A DNA stretch of 64,000 nt from Schmidtea nova (lineage: Eukaryota). Below, in pieces: positions 1-11,805 of the stretch; the first letter of the stretch is position 1, and the number at the start of each line of letters is the position of its first letter. The stretch spans positions 400,892,001 to 400,956,000 of the forward strand of contig CM097883.1 in the NCBI GenBank assembly GCA_044892505.1, written 5' to 3'. The notes under the pieces were generated by a model. It ran no database searches. It saw only the letters and a list, made by a program, of their open reading frames with translations, and was not told where the DNA came from. The position numbers and the translations under genes are program-made.

Positions 1-124
1 TTTTAAAAATCACTATTAGATATTTTAATAGAAATGTCGTCGTTTTGTACAAAGGCGTTAATTTATTATTAATTTATTATTATTACTTTATAATTTAGTG
101 ATTAAAAGAGAAAAATCTACCAAC

Positions 125-1230
125 CCCAGAGTAGTCATGGTAACAATTGTATACCAGAAAGAAGCCGGAATGCTTGTGAAAGTGGTTTTTAAATCCGATT
201 TCTCTGCGTAATAAATCATTGTTGCAAAAATAATTACAGCCATTGACAGAGAAAACAATAAAAATCCCAATTCAGACGCACATGATTTCAGAGTGTAACC
301 CAGAATGCGTAATCCCATGCTGTGTCGAGAAAATTTTATGATTCTGAAGACTCGGAACACTCGAAGAATCACAAATGCCCCGCTCATGTCGTTATTTTTT
401 GAAATTAATAAACCTATATAATACGGAAGAATAGCCACAACATCAATCAGACTCATTATTGAACGAACAAATTTCATTCGTTTCGGTGCTGCGTACAGCC
501 GGGCGAGGTATTCCAGGGTAAATATCAAGACACAAGCGGTGTCTAAACAGAAAAATGCTTTTTCATATGTTTCACCGCACGTTTTTGATTCGTTTGTATT
601 GGCATTAAATTCACATGAAATCGTTTCGACAACGTTTGCCAGCACAGACACCGCGATAAAAAATCCCGTCACGTAATAGAACACTAACGCTGCGATTGAT
701 GTTTGAGGATTATCGAAAGCTCTCCATAATTTTTCTCGTATGGTTTTCAATACCGGAAGCTTTCTATCTTCGGCTTCTCGGTCTTCTATAGTTCGGTCGT
801 GATTTTCCCGTTGCTTATCTCGGTAATCCTCGTAGCAGCAATCTCCCATAATATCCGGTAGGATACCGAAAAACGACAGCTCATCATCGTACGCACTAAC
901 GCATTCTTGCTTTGGACAGTGTAATTTCCCAGTTTGATAGTATGAGAGAATGTATCGAAAAATGTCAGGATCACGATCAAAAAAATATTCATTTTCCACT
1001 TCATCGTAGAAATAATCCTTTTCGTCAGAACCAAGCAAAGTATCAGAATATTTATCCAAAGTATTTTTCCAAGTTTCGAATTTGAAACCACTGACATTAA
1101 TTTTGACTTTCTCTTCGCTTCGATGATCGGTATCGTGAATTGTTGGTTTTGGCAAAGAATGATTTGTTAAAGGTACCCATCCAAGTGCAGCACTTCTTGC
1201 TAATGGTAGTAAAGCCGCAATTGAAGCCAT
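125..1230 (-). CDS. Shal: Shal/Kv4 voltage-gated K+ channel, first coding exon (N-terminus, T1, S1-S5, pore helix); remaining exons lie left of the window
   Basis: N-terminus [20 protein letters not shown] resembles the Shal MASVAAWLPFARAAAIGWVP. T1 domain ([11 protein letters not shown]...EYFFDRDP) with the Kv4 HX5CX20CC Zn motif, S4 [15 protein letters not shown] and pore [12 protein letters not shown]. Homology stops at CTG GG|GTTGGT (donor at 124), the Kv4 exon-1 boundary before YGD, so ORF codons 88-124 are intron read-through. Confidence 0.96.
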
Positions 1231-1747
1231 TTGAATTATTTTAAGCTAATTCAAATTAATTTGAAGAACATGTTTCAACAAAATCTATATTTAATAAGAT
1301 TTCATGTTTTTATATTAAATTGAATTTTTTTCAAGGTTACGAATCTATAATTAAATATTTAAAACACAAAATATTTTTTAACATTTAAATGAATGAAAAC
1401 TTTTTTATTGAATAAACAATTATATTTTTTCATTAGAATTTATATGAATTAAATTAAATATTAAAAATATATTAAAATTTACAAAAGTAAAAATAAATAA
1501 ATCCAATAAATTTTTCTGGAGATTAGTTAGGAAATGTATTTAGGATAACTAAAGAAATTCTTCCATAATAAAATATTTTTGTGCATCTTTAACACTTGAT
1601 TTAATAAAATTCTAATATAATTGATCTTTCCTTTAATTTGATTCTGTTAATTTTATTTCTCAATTATTAATGATCTTGTTGTATTTTTGGTTAAATATCA
1701 AATGACTGATTAAAAACGATTTTTTAAACAATATAAACTTTATTGAT

Positions 1748-2119
1748 GATCACAATTAGCTACACATAATTATATTAACTCCAATTATTATTATTACACA
1801 TTGCTGATTAGGACATTTCATGACGAATGGCACTTAACAATTTAAATTTTCGACACTTACCAGTGCTTCTCATATAAAAATTGTCAAATGGATCTGCACG
1901 CTTTATTGCTTTGATTTGGATAATTTTAATACTGATCACAATTAGCTACACATAATTATATTAACTCCAATTATTATTATTACACATTGCTGATTAGGAC
2001 ATTTCATGACGAATGGCACTTAACAATTTAAATTTTCGACACTTACCAGTGCTTCTCATATAAAAATTGTCAAATGGATCTGCACGCTTTATTGCTTTGA
2101 TTTGGATAATTTTAATACT
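1748..2119. repeat. Tandem duplication, 2 x 186 bp
   Basis: GATCACAATTAGC...TTTTAATACT occurs at 1748-1933 and 1934-2119, apparently identical. Confidence 0.95.
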
Positions 2120-2205
2120 CATTACAACTGATTTCACCGAGTTTGTATCACTTTAATTAATACGCTTCAATATTTTCTGGATACCATTGGCAAATACCTC
2201 TAACA

Positions 2206-3570
2206 TAGAAATTGCTAAGAAAATTGACAAGTTGGGTATACACAACTTGGATAATCAGCAAAAGAAACGAAGTTTTCAGATTTACTGTTCACGCATTGAC
2301 GAACAATACAAAGAACTTTTACAGTAGAACTGTTTGGTGCTGCGTAACTGACCCTTTACTTATTTCTAGTAACCAACATATGAACATTGCTTCGCCATAT
2401 TTTACTCGCCAGATAAAAACTTCAGTACTGCAAAAAATCAGTGGATATCCGAAAAAAGTTGAGAGCGGTCTCCAGGACTATACAATTATCCGGATATTGT
2501 AGTCAGTCATAAATTATGGGCCTATACTATATAAGAGAAGAAAAATAAATTAGTTCAAAACCAAACAAACATAAAAATAGAAACATAAAAATGCTTTATT
2601 TAAGGGATTTTTAAATTTAAAAAAATAAAATTCACTTTGTTGTAATTAACACAATATAAATTATTTGCCGTTTTGTTTCGTCTGAATCAATCATGCCATT
2701 TATAGGATAGGATCAAGGAGAAATGTAAACCTCAAACCTAGAAATTGCTAAGAAAATTGACAAATCGGGTATACACAACTTGGATAATCAGCAAAAAAAC
2801 GAAGTTTTCAGATTTACTGTTCACGCATTTTGACGAACAATACAAAGAACTTTTACAGTAGAACTGTTTGGTGCTGCGTAACTGACCCTTTACTTATTTC
2901 TAGTAACCAACATATGAACATTGCTTCGCCATATTTTACTCGCCAGATAAAAACTTCAGTACTGCAAAAAATCAGTGGATATCCGAAAAAAGTTGAGAGC
3001 GGTCTCCAGGACTATACAATTATCCGGATATTGTAGTCAGTCATAAATTATGGGCCTATACTATATAAGAGAAGAAAAATAAATTAGTTCAAAACCAAAC
3101 AAACATAAAAATAGAAACATAAAAATGCTTTATTTAAGGGATTTTTAAATTTAAAAAAATAAAATTCACTTTGTTGTAATTAACACAATATAAATTATTT
3201 GCCGTTTTGTTTCGTCTGAATCAATCATGCCATTTATAGGATAGGATCAAGGAGAAATGTAAACCTCAAACCTAGAAATTGCTAAGAAAATTGACAAATC
3301 GGGTATACACAACTTGGATAATCAGCAAAAAAACGAAGTTTTCAGATTTACTGTTCACGCATTTTGACGAACAATACAAAGAACTTTTACAGTAGAACTG
3401 TTTGGTGCTGCGTAACTGACCCTTTACTTATTTCTGGTAACCAACATATGAACATTGCTTCGCCATATTTTACTCGCCAGATAAAAACTTCAGTACTGCA
3501 AAAAATCAGTGGATATCCGAAAAAAGTTGAGAGCGGTCTCCAGGACTATACAATTATCCGGATAATGTAG
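2206..3570. repeat. Tandem repeat, ~534-bp unit, ~2.6 copies
   Basis: TAGAAATTGCTAAGAAAATTGAC starts at 2206, 2739 and 3273. The repeated ORFs at 2830 and 3364 are exactly 534 bp apart. Confidence 0.95.
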
Positions 3571-4328
3571 TTGGGTTCAAGGACAACCGATGAAAGGTAT
3601 AATGCCCATTTTGTTTCATCATTTACACAAATTACCACATAAATCAAAAGAAAAAAATATGTATAATAATGAATAAAGAAACAACATTTGATTATAAGCT
3701 ATATTTATTTCACAAAAAACTATATATTATTAAAATAGTTGCGGCTACGGCTAAGACCAAAATTGAGCACAAGTTATTTAAGTGTACTTTTTTCTTTGAA
3801 ATTGAAATGGCCCCATTTTCTTTCTTGGTCATCTACAATAAATAATATAGTGCATTATATACAATAATTTTAGTAAAATCAATATATTTATTATCCTCAT
3901 GATTATTACTTAATGTTTCCTGGACAAGTTAGAAACTTTTTCTATTTATTCACTATCTCAGTTAAAAGAATTTTATTGTTAATACTCGATTATAAAATTC
4001 GTATATTCTTATTTTTACTATTATTTCTTGGACTCCTTTCCAAAATATTTCAAAGAAACAATCAAAATCTCTAGTAAATTGTATACTATATAGATTTAAA
4101 AAATCAATAAACAAAAAAGATTGAAAAATATAAAAATAAGATTAATTTCAAAAAGGAAAATAATCTGTATCAGCTGTTCTAAAATTAAAAAAGACAAGAA
4201 GATTTTTCGTTTCCGTGAGTACCAAATGCTTAATCGTTCGTTTATTAAATAAAATTTGTATGATTATTGTTTTTTCGTTAACTATAACAATTAAATCATA
4301 TATAGAAAAATTTAAGAAAAAAATAAAA

Positions 4329-4555
4329 TCAGTCATAAATTATGGGCCTATACTATATAAGAGAAGAAAAATAAATTAGTTCAAAACCAAACAAACATAA
4401 AAATAGAAACATAAAAATGCTTTATTTAAGGGATTTTTAAATTTAAAAAAATAAAATTCACTTTGTTGTAATTAACACAATATAAATTATTTGCCGTTTT
4501 GTTTCGTCTGAATCAATCATGCCATTTATAGGAGAGGATCAAGGAGAAATGTAAA
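4329..4555. repeat. Dispersed copy of the 3' half (2502-2730) of the 534-bp unit
   Basis: TCAGTCATAAATTATGGGCC...AGGAGAAATGTAAA recurs nearly identically, just upstream of the Tc1-like remnant. Confidence 0.9.
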
Positions 4556-4733
4556 TTTAAAATTATATTAAAAAGTTTAATAAAAAATATTTTTAAAAGT
4601 GCATAAATGAAGTTAGTGTGCCTCAACTAGCCGAATATGTGAAGAAAAATATCGTAAAACGTAAAAATAATTATAATTTTTAATTTGAAACTTAAATTTT
4701 TATAGATATACAGAACATGACAAAAAATTACTG

Positions 4734-5450
4734 ATGAAAGTAATAAAACAGGGTGAAAATTATCGAGAATTTGATAGGCAAATGGATTTTGAATTTAAAA
4801 GTATTAAAATCAGTAAATTGGGCTTTTTAAGCAGGAAAAAGTGGCAGAAAACATATCAACCTTATAAATCAAGAAAGAACACAATTATTAGATTTTGTGG
4901 ACCACAACTATTGAGCTACTTTAGAAGAAATGAAAAACTTCCTGGGTATAATTTTTTACAATGTGTCCACAAAAACAATATCCAGATTTTTAAAAAATAA
5001 ACTGATAAGCTTCAAGAAGGTACGTTTATGTATTGTAGATCGAAACTCTGAAAGAGTTTTACAAACCAGATCAGATTATGTTCGAAAATCTCTCGAAGAA
5101 AGATGGACTGGTGATAAATGTATCTACATCGTTGAATGCAGCTTCAATACATGTACAAGCAAAAAATGCGGATGGAAAAGAAAATGTGAGACTCTGCTCA
5201 AATTCCTATCATGAGAGGCGCAATAAACTGATTTTTGGATCATTTAAGAAAGAAAGCTGTCAAAGATTTTTAGACGAACTATCCGTGTGAATATTACAGA
5301 CGCAAAATAAATATATAAATTCTTGCCGCCATATAGCCCCTTTATAAATCCCAAAGAAATTTTAGTTAGAAAGTTGAAAAGGGCTATTAAAAAAAATTTG
5401 TGGCAACCGAAGGACTACCGCTGATTACAAAATTCGGATGGAATGAGGAA
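4734..5450 (+). mobile_element. Degenerate Tc1/IS630-like DDE transposase
   Basis: Fragments across frames: TISRFLKNKLISFKK...DRNSERVLQTR, CIYIVECSFN (degenerate first-Asp motif, cf. IFIDESGFN) and LPPYSPFINPKE at 5323-5358 (cf. LPPYSPxLNPIE). Frameshifts and stops are present. Confidence 0.8.
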
Positions 5451-7159
5451 ATCTTGGGGGCATGTACATAAGCAGATGTAATTTTATTGCCGAAAAAATT
5501 ATAATGACTTACTTTTTCCAGTATTTAATAAAAATCTAAAAACTATATTTATAAAATAAATTGATATTTAACTCAAAATATTAAATAAATTTAAAATATA
5601 CGAAAAAAGCTTTAAAATATGGTCAAAACATAATAAATAGTTATTACTCACCAACTGCCCGCAATGTCTTTGTGGCCCTGAATTACGGACAGTTGGTGTA
5701 GAAAATAGGTAAGCGATATCCAATATCTGGTAAAAATCTAATTGTATTGTGCATTTTTTAGAGAAATAAGCATCGTTTTAATACCCATATGTAAAACTCA
5801 TTTACCTAATAATAAATCTTGACAGCTTCATCTGATTTTTTTTAAAGATTAAAAACTTTTAGATTTGCATACATTATTTACACATCGCTTAGGCACTGCA
5901 AACTTATAATCATCGAGTAACACAACAATTTTCTCATCTTTGCATGTCAAAAATCGAAATTTTATTCTGGTTTATCTAAGATATTAATTGAGGATCAATT
6001 TTGAAATGGAATTCAAAAGTATTTATCTAGGATCATCAAGTTAAGATTCTCGGAACCTCAACATATGTGTTTAAAATATACATTTTGCTTAAAAAATTTA
6101 TATTAATTTGATTGAAAAAAATATGTAATAACAGAGTTCAGGTACAAATTCCAAAGTTGCAGTATATTAAATTTGATTTAAATTTTTAGTAATTTCTGAC
6201 AAGTATTTACCAATAAATTTGTATTTCATTTTGACGTATGACCACCACACCAAATTAAAATATTGAAATAGCTATCCTGTAGAAAATTAAATTCTTTAGA
6301 ACATTTATTTAATTACATTTTTATTCCGACCACAATTTGAGTATGAAAAGTCCAATTATAACTTCATTTTTACGTATGCCTGACGCGTAAATTAAAAATT
6401 TTATTCGAACGGTTTTTGTAGAAACCGGAAAAACTCTAATTGAAATTTTTTAAATTATTCTAATAGGCGAAAAATGCACTTATACTCGCGATCACACATC
6501 TCCCTACTACGCAACATTTGATCGTTTTCAAAATTTTATCTTGTATAGCAATGCTTCTCAGAGTGGAGTACGCGATAAAATATTAAAGGTACTCCAAGAA
6601 AAATATATTTTAAGAAATATTGCTGTGAATTAAGAATAAAATTTTTTAAGAATAAATAATTTTTAAATAGAAATTATTTCTAATGATACGTTGTCATTGA
6701 ACGTTTTTGCAAATTTTGAGTTTGAGTTGAGAACTTTTTGCTCTGAATTAATATCAATTTAATGGTGCTTCCAAATAAAAAATTCCAAAGCTTATTGCCG
6801 AAAATACGGTGTGGACATTTAATGATTACATATTTGGGGAAAGAACCATAAATATAATGTTGGGCACAATAGTATTGTTTTTTTCGTATTGTACTGAATT
6901 TTGCATTGAATTTAAAATCTTGCAGTAAATTATATTAATTAGCAATATTTGTTGAAATAATTAAAACTATTTTGTGTAAAAATAAAATATGTGGTGCGCG
7001 CAATTAGTCCGTTCAATATGTAGGAATGAAATATTATTTTGTCATAAAAGAAATTTTTATTGTAGCTATTTTATTATAGTTTTTATTTGTGTAGTTTGTT
7101 TTAAATTATCATTACAGTTTATATTGACATTTGCGAGATTTTAAAATTTGGTGCAAGTC

Positions 7160-7550
7160 ATGATTGATGCAGTGTAGTATCGCAGCATTATAAAGTTTCT
7201 GGTATTACGCCATGTTCCCAGTGACCAATTTTTCCTAAATGGAGGAGACATGTAGCGAGGACTCTCCATCACGCAGATCAATGTACAAATGGATTGCACT
7301 GTTTAAACATGGGAGACAGTCAGTTTTTGATTAACAAAAAACTTGACGCACATGTGAAATTTCTGACAAAATTAAAGAAATTTGTGAATCTTGACTGCAA
7401 GAAGACCGTCGAAACACAAAGCGGCACTGGTTGATGCTGTGAATACAAGAAATCCTGAATGAATTGGGAGTGATAAAGTTGGCGTCAAGATTTGTATCCG
7501 CTTTCATTTATCACATATATGGGTGAAGCGACTGGAGTGCTCTCAGTCAA
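7160..7550 (+). mobile_element. Degenerate mariner transposase N-terminal (HTH) fragment
   Basis: MIDAV*YRSIIKFL..., SPSRRSMYKWIALFKHGRQSVFD, EDRR and ELGVIKLASRFV match the mariner N-terminal pattern. A possible decayed TIR lies near 6988-7017. Confidence 0.75.
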
Positions 7551-7559
7551 ACACCTTCT

Positions 7560-7739
7560 TTTCCTATAGTATGGTGAGGCGTTCCTGCGTAGTATTATAA
7601 CGCAAGATGATGCTAGGTTTTGGCCTAATACCCGACGAAACAGTAACTAATGTATGTGTCGTTGCAGCAATTATCGATCTAATGTACAAACATCTTACAG
7701 GATGTGACGACAAGTTAACGAAACCTGTGTATGATTCAA
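7560..7739 (+). mobile_element. hAT transposase remnant, 5' part (interrupted by the viral insert)
   Basis: VAAIIDLMYKHL resembles the hAT (A/T)xLDPRYKxL motif that precedes the dimerization domain. The frame is cut at the viral terminus at 7740. Confidence 0.55.
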
Positions 7740-8530
7740 ACACAAAGCTGCAGCGCATCGACCCCCCGATAATTAAAATATACTTTATCACCTGAACATG
7801 GCAATAAACTTTGATGATCTTTCGGTACTGTTTAAAGAAATTGATTCACAGGATACTGACACTATATACTCCAACCTCGAGTATGCTGGTTTTGATCCTG
7901 TGAGAATGAGAGCCAGCATTTTCGAGAAGGGCGGTGGATCAACTAAATCAACTCTACTTGACATAATGAAGTTGCTGAGCATCTTCATTAAGAGAGGAAC
8001 TAGAATTGCTCAGATCAGGCAGAAGACAAATTCTGGAAAGTGGAAAGAATTTGCGGAATTGATTCAGAAATATGAGGTCAAGCAGAATTTGATTGCTGGT
8101 TCACCGCCTAATACAGTAACACTAGGCAGATTAGTTTCGAGCTTTCCAGAAATAACTGCCAAGCTATTACAGAAGTCTGGTTCTAGATTCAGAAGCTTAC
8201 ATGAGACTTTGCCGGATTGTCTTCATTTCACAGCTGCTGCCAGTTTGCTTCCGAGTGATCTGAAGGCTGGACATGATGAGCACCTCGAATTCTGTACAAC
8301 TCTCGATCTTCTTGTTAACTCAAATCCTGATGAGAGCAAAGTGAAACTCTACTTCAGGAAGAAGATCTTGCGTATTTCTATACCGAAGAGAGTAAAACTG
8401 CTTCATCACAACCTGGTACCAGCAAGAAAAGATCCAGTTCATCAAAGCTCACTCCTAGCAAGAGATCCAGAAAGTCTTAGATTTCATCAATGTTAGTTGT
8501 AATTTTCTAGATGTTGTAGATTTATTAAAT
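7740..8530 (+). other. Endogenous viral element: Phenuiviridae-like segment 5' terminus, UTR, N gene and short 3' UTR
   Basis: ACACAAAGCT at 7740-7749 lies 58 nt upstream of the N ATG. The region is visibly more GC-rich than its flanks. hAT sequence resumes at about 8531. Confidence 0.85.
7798..8480 (+). pseudogene. Phlebovirus/Tenuivirus-type nucleocapsid protein N (EVE), frameshifted near 8350
   Basis: Motifs collinear with phlebovirus N: LEYAGFDP (FAYQGFD), KRGTR (TRGNK), LIQKYEVK (LINKYKLK), VTLGRLVSSFP (LTLSRVAA). After VKLYF a shifted frame from 8355 reads QEEDLAYFYTEESKTASSQPGTSKKRSSSSKLTPSKRSRKS* (TAG 8478-8480). Confidence 0.85.
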
Positions 8531-8890
8531 GGACAAATGCCGGCCTCTGAACCGTCATCGACTAGTGCCAAATCTGAACTGCAAACAAAACGATCTCGAC
8601 CAAATCATGCAGCAGTTATGTTTCTGTTGGGTGATAGTGCGTCACAGCAGGCGTTGGAGGATTCACACTTTGTAATTTATGCAATAACTTATTTGCCGAA
8701 AAGTTTAGAATAACAACTGCAACAGAAACAACACTGGAGTGGTGAAAACAAAATGAAAAGTTGTTCCCAAAAACAGCTAACTTAGCTAGGAGAGTCTTGT
8801 GTATTCCGGCGACGTCAGTCCAATCCGAGAGGCTACTGGGCGTTTGATAGGTAAACTACGTAACCGGCTCCTTCCAGAAAAGTGATATTA
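8531..8890 (+). mobile_element. hAT transposase remnant, 3' part with C-terminal dimerization domain
   Basis: LEW*KQNEKLFPKTANLARRVLCIPATSVQSERL at 8734-8835, then GRLIGKLRNRLLPE: the hAT dimerization motif, with stops and indels. Confidence 0.9.
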
Positions 8891-8919
8891 TACCGTATAA
8901 GTAGAGACATAAGTGTAGA

Positions 8920-9107
8920 GCTAAATCGGAGAGAAACTATATTTACTTGAACGTAGTTACAGGTCATTCGACCAGCAGCTTACATCGTGCGAGTTTTCCA
9001 TGAAGGAGTGAGTAGGAGAAAATTGTACTGCAGTTATTACGTAATAGAAATTAATAGTTACACTGTTACCACAGGCGACGCTAATCGGAGAAACAACTAA
9101 TGGATTT
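8920..9107 (+). repeat. ~188-bp dispersed repeat, also embedded in every spacer of the large array
   Basis: GCTAAATCGGAGAGAAACTA...CTAATGGATTT aligns by eye with 19105-19291 and equivalents, and best with the terminal spacer at ~50025-50213. Confidence 0.9.
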
Positions 9108-11805
9108 CCCAAATAATATTATAAATAAATGGAATAACTTGTGTGAAAACTGATAAGGTAATTGAGATAGCATTTCACTTTTAATGTTATTTTAAAAATT
9201 AAGTGGTTGATAGATTTGATGTGTTTCATACAATATAACAGAAATAAAACAGAGAAGAGGTCACGACCAAGAGGCTTTTCAAACCAAGGTCAATAACCAC
9301 CAGGAATAACCTTATTGATTTTGAATCAAAACACAATTTATGAGGGGTTACCCGCAAAATGTATATAATGGTAATGAAAGAAGCAACTCATATGATACCT
9401 ATATTGAAATTCTGATATACAGTTACAAAGTTACAAATCAAATTGTAAATCACAAAAGGTCTCTCCAACTGAATCGAACACTGGTATTTATAACAGTTTA
9501 ACATCTCAATCAGCCAATCGAGAGGGTTTTTTATTTATTATTTATTTATTATTTTATTTATTATTTTTTTTATTTATCATTTTCTTATATTTACCATCGG
9601 GGGACCACGTGCTCTCTGGATCTTTCGGACTATGGTTCTGGCTATCCAGCCAGAACAAAGTATGTTGGCATTACATTGTTTTTTGTAAATATGAATGTAG
9701 TATTTTTTATTTTTTATTTGAATTTTTCTGGGCATTTGAATGTTGTAAAATTCTTTGAGAAGATAATAGATTTGATTATTATGAATTTGAATTTAAGTTT
9801 GAGTTTTAATTTATTTTGAGATAATAATAGATGTGATTATTATTGATCTGATTTCACATTTGGTTAGCGAAATAGTATCCTATTTTTCAATTGTCACATC
9901 TGGGGTTTGTGGGCATAAAGCGGCAGATACAACGTCTAGAAAATCGTACAAAATACACCTTTAAATACAATAATATCAAAAATCGATAACTTTAATAGCG
10001 TAGTGATCTACCACGCAAGTAGAATATCATCAATAGGCTAAAGGATCAAATATTCAACGCAGCTAAATCATTAAGGAAATATAATTAATTATCCTGAACC
10101 CTGTACATAGGGCAGTAGATCTTAGTTAATTTTAATAATTTCTTATCCTGATTGCGGTACATAGCACAGGCGTGAATAAATGAAATAAATTATCAAAGGA
10201 ATGATATATTATAATTAATTATAATTATTTGTTGATATTGTGAAGAAGGGGTTGAAAGAAAAATTTAAAAGTGAAATATTATAAAGACAGGGGGCAGAAA
10301 AGAAACATTAAAATGAAAGACAAGGAATGCGGATAGATTAAAGTAAAGGTAAAGCGTAAGTCCTTCTATCGGCAGCGAGACGAACCCGTGAACATAAATG
10401 GGGAGTAGTTTTAGCAACAGAGCTCACCTGCCCATCATTGTTCAAACACCTTGCACATTTCCAACTCGATTATTACAGGGAAATGATCGAGGTCTTGGAT
10501 GGAGGCATCCCTAGAGCGTTTAGTTTATTTTCTATTTTTGTTTTAACCCATCCAAAACCACAACATTATGTTTATAGATTTTTAATTAATGACAGATTTT
10601 ACAGTGTACAATAAAATGAACTAAAATATTTATAAAAAAGTTTCTTTAGAAGACTTTTCTGGCAACCATCCGCTTGAAAATACATTTTGATTTGAATTAT
10701 AAATTCTGATCTCGAATGTCTAATAATCAGGCGTGTGATTTAGTTAGAATTTTTCTTCTCCGTGTCAACACACCAGCGAGATGAGACTTTCGATTGGTTA
10801 AATTTTTCTTATAATATAATTATTGATTCAATATCCTATTGTAGAAACTTGGAATTTATATGAACTCGTCTAATTTATATACAATTACTGGAAGTTGATG
10901 TTTTTGATTTTCCGTTATTTATTGTAAATGTAAAAGTATAGAAAAATTTAATTTCTCCCCTAAGTCGCACTGTGAAATTCGGACAATGATGATTTTAGGG
11001 TCGGTATTTATACTGATGCAGCTGATACGATTGACCAATTAGGATCTAGTCGCCCTTCCAAGTAGGACCTCATTATTTTATAATCATTTAATTAGTTTTG
11101 TTAGCAGCCAATATTCAGTTAATGAAATAATAAAAAGTACTTTTATTATTCTTATTTTATGTTTTTATTCTACGGGTTTCTGATGCTTTGGACATTAGCT
11201 CTTAGTGGGTAATTTTATTATTTCTTGATTTTACTAGATTTTATTTATTTTCAACTACTTTGTTGGATCTTTTCATTTTTTGTTTTAATTAACTGGAATG
11301 TTTTTTATGCTTTTAGATATTTAGCTGGCCCAACATAAATAAAAAATAGTAAAAACAAGCTCAGGATAAGTTTAAAGTTAGTATGTGACGCTAAAACCAG
11401 TATAAAAGACTTCATTTTGTAAATCGCCATGTACAATTTTAAAACTTAAGTTGATTTTAGAGATTTTTAAGCACCAGTCGAATAAATTCCCCGATCAATG
11501 ACTGTTTTGATGCATCGGGTATTTTCAGGACAAATTCTTTGTACAAGTATTTTGTTATATTCATTAAATATTTGTTTTTAAAGAGACCTTTTATTTTACA
11601 CCTTTCAGGGACATACTGTGGTATTTGTGTGATTAGTCCCTTCCATTGGTATTTGGATGACATTGGTTTTCGATATACGTAAATGAATTTGTTTGCCCAA
11701 CAGGAAACAGACATCAAGATTTCGAATTGCCGTCATAGCTCGTGGGTGAATTGCAAACGGCACCAATGTCGTATTCTTTTTGTTAAACATAATTGTAACA
11801 TTTGT

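Noticed and set aside
88-124. C-terminal [11 protein letters not shown] of the Shal ORF
   Set aside because: This is intron read-through past the conserved GG|GT donor; the pore GYG motif is completed in the next exon.
2212-3570. Repeated 68-96-aa ORFs as genes
   Set aside because: They are by-products of the 534-bp tandem repeat, with non-ATG starts and no recognisable homology.
10440-10520. DLDHFPVIIEL on the minus strand as a LINE endonuclease SDHxP motif
   Set aside because: A single short motif with no supporting upstream endonuclease motifs.
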